The notes under the pieces are model-generated. The model saw only the letters and a list, made by a program, of their open reading frames with translations. It searched no databases and was not told the DNA's origin. 37,041 nt of DNA from a virus. The stretch lies in the IMG/VR virus record IMGVR_UViG_3300045988_137870; one strand, written 5' to 3'. Positions 28,735-34,938 of the stretch are shown here, piece after piece. The translations under genes and the position numbers were made by a program. How positions within the stretch are numbered: the stretch's first letter is position 1; every line of letters begins with the position of its first letter.

Positions 28735-28860
28735 ATGGAACGTTGTTTTTTGTGTCACCGCAAAATGGATAAGAAAACAGGACTTTGCACAAATAAGAAA
28801 TGCATCCGGAGCAAACCACTGGAAGAAAAGCCTGAAAATAAGACGGAGGACAATAAATAA
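28735..28860 (+). CDS. Possible 41-aa Cys4 (zinc-ribbon-like) micro-protein
   Basis: Translation: MERCFLCHRKMDKKTGLCTNKKCIRSKPLEEKPENKTEDNK. A GAGAGGGG SD lies 8 nt upstream. The ORF exactly fills the gap to the next gene. Confidence 0.35.
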   Translation: MERCFLCHRKMDKKTGLCTNKKCIRSKPLEEKPENKTEDNK

Positions 28861-29093
28861 TGAGTATGGTGGATATAAGCCCGGAAGCATTGGAGAGAAT
28901 TGTCCGGATCGAAACGAAACTTGATATGCTTGTTGAAATGCTACCTGAAATACAGAGACTTCAGGTAGCGCATGAAAGGGCGGAGCAAAGTGCGAAATCG
29001 GCGCATCACAGGATAGATAATATCTATAAGGTAGCCGGGCTGATTTCTACCATCATTTCCGTGGTAATTGCATTGATAGGAAAGGTGATGTGA
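28860..29093 (+). CDS. XhlA-like lysis protein (coiled coil plus C-terminal TM)
   Basis: It has an N-terminal heptad region, a C-terminal TM helix (GLISTIISVVIALIG), and lies before the holin and amidase as in PBSX. Confidence 0.6.
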   Translation: MSMVDISPEALERIVRIETKLDMLVEMLPEIQRLQVAHERAEQSAKSAHHRIDNIYKVAGLISTIISVVIALIGKVM

Positions 29094-29429
29094 TTGTTCG
29101 AGAAAATAAGGGATTTATGGAAAAAAGCTGTCGGATACATAAATGGACACATACCGAAAGGGAATGCCAAGCCGTCTATGAAAGTAGTCTATGGTTATGC
29201 CATAGGCTTTTTAATTCTGTTTTGTGTCGTGCTGGCCGCGTGGGTTATTGAATTCTGCAGGGGTTCGGCAAATACGATGACATTGATTAAATTCTTTGAA
29301 GATTATACGGCGGTTCCGGTCGTTGGGGCGATTGCATTTATCGCCAAGTATATGGTGGATAAAAATCGCAATGGCCGGCCGGATGCTATAGAAAAGGAGC
29401 TGAAAAAAGATGACGCTAAAAGAAATTGA
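29094..29429 (+). CDS. Holin (two predicted TM helices, charged C-terminus)
   Basis: The TTG at 29094 follows an AGGAAAGG SD. The hydrophobic segments are YAIGFLILFCVVLAAWVI and AVPVVGAIAFIAKY. The tail is Lys/Asp-rich. Confidence 0.6.
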   Translation: MFEKIRDLWKKAVGYINGHIPKGNAKPSMKVVYGYAIGFLILFCVVLAAWVIEFCRGSANTMTLIKFFEDYTAVPVVGAIAFIAKYMVDKNRNGRPDAIEKELKKDDAKRN

Positions 29430-29946
29430 AGTATTGCTGCAGAATGCTGTGGGAGGCATTGACCGAATTTATGAACACTGGACAGGCTGTGACGGGAGTG
29501 TAGTTAATCTGCCTGACTATACAGTAGTAATAGATCGGACTGGCGAATATCACGTCATGCACGAAGATTTTACTGAAAAGCTGGCGCACACGTGGCACAG
29601 AAACAGCCGGTCAATCGGTATAGCGATGGCGTGTTGCAAAGATGCGGTATGCTATTATGATCATCCTGACGGTGTAGATTTAGGAAGTGAATCGCCGACA
29701 AAAGAACAGATTGAAGCTATGGCGATGCTGACTGCAAAAGCTGAAATTATACTCGGGCTTACTGCGGACGATGTATATACGCATGCGGAAATTGCTGAAA
29801 TTGACGGTTATGGTGTTGATAGCGGAGACCCCGATATGCGCTGGGATCTGCTGTATTTACCGGATTACAGTAACGGCGGCGTGTTAGTACCGGGTGGAGA
29901 TTTGATTCGGGGCAAAGCAGAGTTTTACAAGAATCAGGAGGGCTAA
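29410..29946 (+). CDS. Single-domain N-acetylmuramoyl-L-alanine amidase-like endolysin (Amidase_2/PGRP-like)
   Basis: Motifs are IYEHWTG, HRNSRSIGIAMAC and THAEIA. I recognise no cell-wall-binding domain. Confidence 0.6.
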   Translation: MTLKEIEVLLQNAVGGIDRIYEHWTGCDGSVVNLPDYTVVIDRTGEYHVMHEDFTEKLAHTWHRNSRSIGIAMACCKDAVCYYDHPDGVDLGSESPTKEQIEAMAMLTAKAEIILGLTADDVYTHAEIAEIDGYGVDSGDPDMRWDLLYLPDYSNGGVLVPGGDLIRGKAEFYKNQEG

Positions 29947-30423
29947 ATGTGTGGGAAGACATTAAAACAAGTAATTATCGCTATCTGCTTATCGTTGGAA
30001 TTATCGTTTTGCTGTATACAAGTATCTGCGGATGGCAGCATTACGAATCAGGCAGAGCCAAAGCAGACTATCATGATATCAATAGCGGACTGGGACGAAT
30101 TGAAAACCGAATGGACCGGGCAGAAACTGGACTTAGCGCAACTCAGGCAGAAATTTACAATGCTGAATCTGAACTCCGAGGAGCAGCTGAAGCAGCTGGA
30201 AGTATTGCAGATAAAACTCGAAAGAACAGAGAAATCCTTGATGAATGCGACGACATCATTAACAGAAGTGAAAAAAGAACTGCAAGAATCGAGGTTATTA
30301 TTAGAAGAGTTGAAGAAAGAAATAAAGAAAATGGAGCACAAACAAGCGGTCATACGTAGGCAACGAGATATATATGCGGGGCTGTTTGTTATTACTGTGG
30401 GCGCAGCTATCGCTCGGAGGTGA
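29947..30423 (+). CDS. Signal peptide plus coiled coil plus C-terminal TM protein (unimolecular-spanin-like topology)
   Basis: The ATG lies 4 nt after an AGGAGGG SD. The N-terminal h-region ends in VSA|DG. There are long heptad repeats and a C-terminal helix (IYAGLFVITVGAAIA). Confidence 0.5.
   Translation: MCGKTLKQVIIAICLSLELSFCCIQVSADGSITNQAEPKQTIMISIADWDELKTEWTGQKLDLAQLRQKFTMLNLNSEEQLKQLEVLQIKLERTEKSLMNATTSLTEVKKELQESRLLLEELKKEIKKMEHKQAVIRRQRDIYAGLFVITVGAAIARR
29949..30359 (+). CDS. Alternative-frame ORF almost fully overlapping 29947-30423: N-terminal TM plus coiled coil (i-spanin-like type II topology)
   Basis: The GTG at 29949 shares the same SD. It has a TM helix (YLLIVGIIVLLYTSICGW) followed by a helical, charged region, and is enriched in GNN codons. 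Confidence 0.3.
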   Translation: MWEDIKTSNYRYLLIVGIIVLLYTSICGWQHYESGRAKADYHDINSGLGRIENRMDRAETGLSATQAEIYNAESELRGAAEAAGSIADKTRKNREILDECDDIINRSEKRTARIEVIIRRVEERNKENGAQTSGHT

Positions 30424-30448
30424 TCCTAAATTTAATCTATAGTATAAT
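30420..30448 (+). promoter_or_regulatory. Putative promoter of leader A (perfect -10 TATAAT at 30443-30448, weak -35)
   Basis: TATAAT was read directly. The hexamer 17 nt upstream is GTGATC. Confidence 0.4.
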
Positions 30449-30458
30449 ATAATTAATT

Positions 30459-30526
30459 GAGCCGTGGAGTATTGCACAAAGCGGACCGGAAAGAGCCTTG
30501 ATACAGAAATTGTATCAGGGCTTTTT
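30459..30526 (+). ncRNA. Leader/small RNA copy A: conserved 30-nt 5' block plus 11-bp terminator hairpin
   Basis: GAGCCGTGGAGTATTGCACAAAGCGGACCG is followed by GCCTTGATACA-GAAAT-TGTATCAGGGC and TTTTT. It is homologous to 33622-33691 on the - strand. Confidence 0.5.
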
Positions 30527-30544
30527 CCTTTCAAGGAGGATTAT

Positions 30545-31144
30545 ATGAGATGGTTTTTATATGCACCGCTACAATTACTCATTATGATAATCTGCTATAT
30601 TACCAATCCAGTTATAGTGATGTTTGTCGATGAAAATGGAGAACTGCGCGGATTCTTAAGGAAGTGGCAGACATTTGATGATTCTTGTGACAGTGAGGAC
30701 TGCGTAACAAAGTATGTCCCCAAATGGATGCAGTATGATTTCTATAAATATTACCGGGCGGAGAAACGGTATGACCCGAACTATGGACGGATGATGAAAA
30801 GATCAATTAACATTGCGCCGTTGCCACTGCTTGATAGATTGAAGAGGTATTGCTGCCGTATGTTCTGGCTGTCAAGAAACTGTGCATATGGTTTTGCAAT
30901 TGACTGGTTCGGAGCGACAATCGATCCGGATAATATAGTAGTCATTGATGATTATAGAGCAGGAGAATCCGAAAGGAATATATTTGTTACGCGGGATTTA
31001 AAATACTGGAAAATATATAATTCCATGCGAATTCTGAACACGAATTACCGATGGAAAATATATTTAGGATGGAAAATTCATAACGTGCAAAGTATACATA
31101 GAGCAATGCTGGCACTCCGAATGTGGTTCTGCAAAGCAAATTAA
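30545..31144 (+). CDS. Hypothetical N-terminally membrane-anchored protein (199 aa); moron next to attP
   Basis: The ATG at 30545 follows an AAGGAGGA SD. It has a TM helix (LYAPLQLLIMIICYITNPVIVMFV). I recognise no family. Confidence 0.65.
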   Translation: MRWFLYAPLQLLIMIICYITNPVIVMFVDENGELRGFLRKWQTFDDSCDSEDCVTKYVPKWMQYDFYKYYRAEKRYDPNYGRMMKRSINIAPLPLLDRLKRYCCRMFWLSRNCAYGFAIDWFGATIDPDNIVVIDDYRAGESERNIFVTRDLKYWKIYNSMRILNTNYRWKIYLGWKIHNVQSIHRAMLALRMWFCKAN

Positions 31145-31147
31145 AAG

Positions 31148-31178
31148 ACGGGGCGGGGAGAAATCCCTGCTCTTTTTT
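31148..31178 (+). terminator. Terminator-like hairpin after the moron
   Basis: The imperfect hairpin GCGGGGA-gaaa-TCCCTGC is followed by TCTTTTTTC. Confidence 0.5.
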
Positions 31179-31179
31179 C

Positions 31180-31399
31180 TTTGAGCGGCAAAAATACGGC
31201 AAAAATTTTAGCTAAAATACCGCATTTTAACGGTTATTGTTTTTATCATTATTTCTTGGCCACTCGGTAAAATCGGCAGAATCCAAATATAACGATTTTT
31301 AATATGTCCTAATAAAGCTTATGCTATAAAAAAGTATAAGCTGAAAAATCCCCGTTATTTGGGGACTTTTTGTGTAGACGGCAGACAAACGGCAAAAAT
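31180..31399. other. Candidate attP region with CGGCAAAAAT repeats (31186, 31197, 31390)
   Basis: It is non-coding and adjacent to the 3' end of int. It has three exact 10-mers as direct repeats and the inverted repeat ATAAGCTTAT...TATAAGCT (31315-31341). Confidence 0.4.
31344..31371. terminator. Bidirectional terminator (AAAAATCCCC-gttattt-GGGGACTTTTT)
   Basis: The hairpin has an A-tract on one side and a T-tract on the other. It lies downstream of int on the - strand. Confidence 0.6.
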
Positions 31400-32470
31400 T
31401 CATTTGTACATGGTTTCTATATATTGGTCTGCTTCTTTGCGAATATCATCTGTGTAATGAATATAGGTAGCTGCTACGGTAGTGACATTATCCCCTAAAA
31501 CAGCCGCAACAAGATTAATATCCTTTGATTTTGATAAAAGCATGGTGGCAAAGGTATGCCGTAAGGTATGAACGGAAATTCCCTGTTTTAATTTACGCAG
31601 CTGCCTATTCATGAGGGCATGTGTACTTGGTGTTGTCGGGATAACGCGCCCGTCAATAGCTGCAGGGGTATTCAGTTTCCACGTATTTAATCTGGCTGCC
31701 AATTTCGTATTCATATGTATGGTTCGGTTTCCGTTTCGTGATTTTACGGCTTTAAATCCCCGTTTTTCGGGAGATATCCAGTTATACTGTTTATCTATGG
31801 TGATTGTTTGTCTGGTGAAATTGATACTGTTCCATGTCAATCCGGCTATTTCTCCATATCTCATGCCGGTATTCAGAGCAATGAAAGCGATCATGTAAAA
31901 AATGGATGTATCACTTAATGCGTCAAGCAGTTGCAATGATTCTTTTTCTGTCAGTGCTTTTACCCGGTGGGGTGTCTTATCTTTCACCTGTGTGACACTG
32001 TCTGCCGGATTTGCTGTAATAATTTTATACGGATTGATGGCATAGTTAAAGATGGCACGAATCTGGGCGAAACGATTCTTTCTTGTACCACTGCTGAATC
32101 GCGCCATATCTTGATAGACATTGATCACATCTCCGGCGGTGATCTCCCGTATTTGTTTATTGCTCAGGGTAGGAATGCTGCGGAGCATAAAGAAATAGTT
32201 CCTTTTTGTGCTATATTCTAAAGAGGATCCTTTATCCCGCAAGTATATATTCTGTGTGAAACTTTTAAAGGTAATATCCGCAAGTTCTGGATCTGCTCCG
32301 CAGGCGGCATCTTCTTTTGCAGCAGCTAACAATTTGTCTTGGTATTGTTTTGCTTCCCGCAAGGTTTTAAATCCCTGTTTGGTTTTCTGTTTCCATTTAC
32401 TATTCACTTTATAGGACAGGACAAGGCAGATACTGCCGTTTTTTTCTCGTGTGGAAAATGAATATTCCAT
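31400..32470 (-). CDS. int: Tyrosine recombinase / phage integrase
   Basis: The internal start MEYSFSTREKNG (ATG 32470) follows an AAGGAG SD. Catalytic motifs are ...GMRYGEI..., HTLRHTFAT and ...AATYIHY. The longer ORF to 32698 overlaps the abi gene. Confidence 0.85.
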   Translation of the reverse strand: MEYSFSTREKNGSICLVLSYKVNSKWKQKTKQGFKTLREAKQYQDKLLAAAKEDAACGADPELADITFKSFTQNIYLRDKGSSLEYSTKRNYFFMLRSIPTLSNKQIREITAGDVINVYQDMARFSSGTRKNRFAQIRAIFNYAINPYKIITANPADSVTQVKDKTPHRVKALTEKESLQLLDALSDTSIFYMIAFIALNTGMRYGEIAGLTWNSINFTRQTITIDKQYNWISPEKRGFKAVKSRNGNRTIHMNTKLAARLNTWKLNTPAAIDGRVIPTTPSTHALMNRQLRKLKQGISVHTLRHTFATMLLSKSKDINLVAAVLGDNVTTVAATYIHYTDDIRKEADQYIETMYK

Positions 32471-32618
32471 AATAAAAATCAGCTCCTTTTCTGAAACAGG
32501 GCTGATTGTGCTATAATATATGCGTAACCAGCCTGTGGTAGGGTTGTTACAATTGCCGGAAGGATACCCTTTATCGTTCCGGTTCCCGTCGTCATATGTC
32601 CGTATGGCGGCGGGATTT

Positions 32619-33605
32619 TTATTTAAATATTTCATATAAACGACGTAGAAATTTCTCATGCAGACCGGTAACTTCTCTGACAAACGAGGCCGCGTCATTT
32701 GGGATATTATTTCCTAATGTCCTCATGGATGTTTCTATCATTTCATAGTTAATGGAAAATACTTTGTTTTGTTTAAATAACAGAGAAACACATAGTAGAG
32801 CGGCCAAAGCATCATCTTGACCATACTTATACAAATTTGTTTTTTCGTCAATTGGAATAAATAGTTTTTCATGAATTAAAAGTTTTGGTATTCTTGTCGT
32901 GCGGGACGCCTTTTGATCAATCTTATGAATATAAAGTCGATTATTATGCGCGCATTTATTGCGGATATTCGTAAGGTAATAAAGGATAGAAGACAAAATT
33001 GTTGGTGTCAATTTAGAATTGATTGACTTAGCAATTGTCTTTTTTAAATCATCTTGCAAATTATCATAAAAATTGCTCATAGTGCCAAAATCCATAATAG
33101 TATTTAATCCCCATAGTGGTACTTGATTATATACGTCCATAAAATGGCATATAGCTGGATGTTTTTTTCTTTCGTTAAATTTATTAATATCTCTTTGAAG
33201 TTTGTTGATTAATTTAATAACAAATTTTTTCTTTGAAGGGTCTTTTGTAAATGAGTCAGGAGAAAGATATTTCCAATGAGAAGATCCATATCGCAGAGAG
33301 AAATGAAGCGATATTAAAGATTTCATTTGGGTTTCAACTGTAACAATCGAATAAAGCAAGTTGTTCCTTAAAATAGAATCAAAATGATACAGTTGAAGAA
33401 AATGTTTTAGCGTCGTACCATTTTTATAATAATCTTCACCTAATTCTAAACTTTTAGCTTTGTCAATAAATGGTTCTTTATATCCGTTTATAAGATTATA
33501 GTACCCATATTGTAACAGGATTGAATCGGATCCGGATTGAAGTGAAATGTTCCTTTTATTTAGAATTTCTAATTGCTCTGAAATACTTGTTGGTTTAAGC
33601 TCCAT
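32619..33605 (-). CDS. Abi_2 (AbiD/AbiF-family) HEPN-like abortive-infection protein
   Basis: The start MELKPTS is at 33605. Features are ...LLQYGYYNLINGYK... and an Rx4H motif in LTNIRNKCAHNNRLY, typical of the Abi_2/HEPN family. Confidence 0.75.
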   Translation of the reverse strand: MELKPTSISEQLEILNKRNISLQSGSDSILLQYGYYNLINGYKEPFIDKAKSLELGEDYYKNGTTLKHFLQLYHFDSILRNNLLYSIVTVETQMKSLISLHFSLRYGSSHWKYLSPDSFTKDPSKKKFVIKLINKLQRDINKFNERKKHPAICHFMDVYNQVPLWGLNTIMDFGTMSNFYDNLQDDLKKTIAKSINSKLTPTILSSILYYLTNIRNKCAHNNRLYIHKIDQKASRTTRIPKLLIHEKLFIPIDEKTNLYKYGQDDALAALLCVSLLFKQNKVFSINYEMIETSMRTLGNNIPNDAASFVREVTGLHEKFLRRLYEIFK

Positions 33606-33621
33606 AAATATTCTCCGATAA

Positions 33622-33691
33622 AAGAAAATAGCCCTGACACAATATGTATCAGGGCTATTTTCGGTCCGCTTTGTGCAATACGCCACGGTTC
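33622..33691 (-). ncRNA. Leader/small RNA copy B: conserved 30-nt 5' block plus 11-bp terminator hairpin
   Basis: On the - strand, GAACCGTGGCGTATTGCACAAAGCGGACCG is followed by GCCCTGATACA-TAT-TGTGTCAGGGC and TATTTTCTTTT. Confidence 0.5.
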
Positions 33692-33702
33692 AATCTATAG
33701 TC

Positions 33703-33731
33703 ATGATACAGAAATTTAGATTTTTTGTCAA
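33703..33731 (-). promoter_or_regulatory. Sigma-70-type promoter of leader B/abi (TTGACA-17 nt-TATCAT)
   Basis: The -35 element is at 33731-33726 and the -10 at 33708-33703, read on the - strand. The conserved RNA block starts 11 nt downstream. Confidence 0.6.
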
Positions 33732-33855
33732 TCAAAAACGTAACAAAATTATCCTAAACCGTAACAAAAATATCCTAAAAGATGTTGAAAGTGACCTAAA
33801 AGGTGTCAAAAATTTTCAGGGTTTATGCAAACGATTTAAAACAATACCAATGTAT

Positions 33856-34872
33856 TCAACTTTTAATTACTTTTGACATATCTTTGACTATTTCAATTAT
33901 TTGTGTTGGCTCATCATTTGATCCATCTTCTTTTAAATAACCACTCTGGGGATTCGAAAAAATCGCTTTTGTCGTTTGCAACAAAACTGCATTGCGAATT
34001 TCCTCGTTACTAGTGGCCTTTACAAAAGTTTCAAAAGTACTTAGTGCATTTTGCTTATTTTTATTTATTATATAGTTATGTGATTGTGCTCGATAATTTT
34101 TGCCGCATGTTACTAGAATATAGAAAAGTACAATCAAACCGGTAAATCGTGGTAATATAGCTTGAGCAAATCGATATAAATATGGTTCCTCAAGTATAAT
34201 AGGACACCGCCAAAATGTTATAAAGGAATATGCCACAATGGCAACACTTACGCCGACAATCCATTTAAACCATATAGATTTACCTTTTTCAAACATATTC
34301 GCAGCTTCCTGGAAATTTACTGTGTGATTGGTTACACCTACGGAATTAGCCGCCTTCTGCACGGCCTCTGTTATTTCTCGTATATTTTCCTGTGCTGCTT
34401 CTCTTTCTTTTCTTGCCTGTTCTTGTTCCTGTTTAAAATTATCTAACGCCTCTTTGGCTTGTCGTTGTAAAGCTTCATAGTCAGTCCCCGCTTTAGTACA
34501 ATAGGCAACAATGGGAGAGATGGTTTTAAACCAAGAGTTATTATAGTTATTTGTGATGCTATCTATAAGACTCTGACGTACACTAGGCCCCTGCATAGAT
34601 GAGAAGCTCTTGATTTGTTCAATGGAATTAATAAAAGTATCCATTTCATTGTTCAAATCTCGTATTATTGACTCGGGAACTCTCATTATATCAATATCAG
34701 CTAAGCCTTTGAACAGATTGATCGCTGTTTCGAAATCGGTTTCTGCATCAGCGAAATTTAATTCAGATCCTAATTCATCACGGCGAATTAAATCTTTAGC
34801 GTTAAATTTTTTTATTGTGGAAAGATTTGTATCAAACTGAGTTCGTACTTCATCGGATAGTTTTATCGGCAT
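33856..34872 (-). CDS. Hypothetical protein: ~200-aa helical/coiled-coil cytoplasmic domain, two TM helices, helical C-terminal domain
   Basis: It has an AAGGAGGA SD. The TM segments are IWFKWIVGVSVAIVAYSFITFW and FTGLIVLFYILVTCG. It lies downstream of the repressor operon. Confidence 0.7.
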   Translation of the reverse strand: MPIKLSDEVRTQFDTNLSTIKKFNAKDLIRRDELGSELNFADAETDFETAINLFKGLADIDIMRVPESIIRDLNNEMDTFINSIEQIKSFSSMQGPSVRQSLIDSITNNYNNSWFKTISPIVAYCTKAGTDYEALQRQAKEALDNFKQEQEQARKEREAAQENIREITEAVQKAANSVGVTNHTVNFQEAANMFEKGKSIWFKWIVGVSVAIVAYSFITFWRCPIILEEPYLYRFAQAILPRFTGLIVLFYILVTCGKNYRAQSHNYIINKNKQNALSTFETFVKATSNEEIRNAVLLQTTKAIFSNPQSGYLKEDGSNDEPTQIIEIVKDMSKVIKS

Positions 34873-34938
34873 AATTGAGATCCTCCTTTTGTCTGCTATT
34901 TTCCCCTATCAATGATTTTCTTGAAAACAAATGTCATA

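Noticed and set aside
30048-30353. 101-aa antisense ORF under the post-endolysin coiled-coil gene(s)
   Set aside because: Stop codons are depleted in several frames because of the purine-rich repetitive coiled-coil coding sequence. The ORF has no SD and Ser/Phe/Cys-rich nonsense-like composition.
30459-30526. Leader element as a known riboswitch class (preQ1, fluoride, c-di-GMP, guanidine and similar)
   Set aside because: The conserved 5' block is only about 30 nt and does not match any consensus I can recall. The downstream genes are not metabolic or transport genes. I cannot exclude this without a Rfam search.
30464-30544. GTG-initiated N-terminal extensions (MEYCTKRTGKSLDT... at 30464, and MAYCTKRTENSPDT... 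at 33686 on the - strand) that make the two accessory ORFs appear to share a conserved N-terminal peptide
   Set aside because: There is no SD, because the GTG sits only a few nt from the predicted transcription start. The differences between copies are mostly non-synonymous. A 2-nt loop indel shifts the frame while preserving a hairpin plus T-tract. Strong SD and ATG pairs lie downstream at 30545 and 33605. The conservation is better explained as RNA structure.
31400-32698. Long 432-aa form of the integrase ORF
   Set aside because: The first 76 codons overlap the 3' end of the abi gene and the intergenic region and have no SD. The typical integrase N-terminus begins at ATG 32470, which follows AAGGAG.
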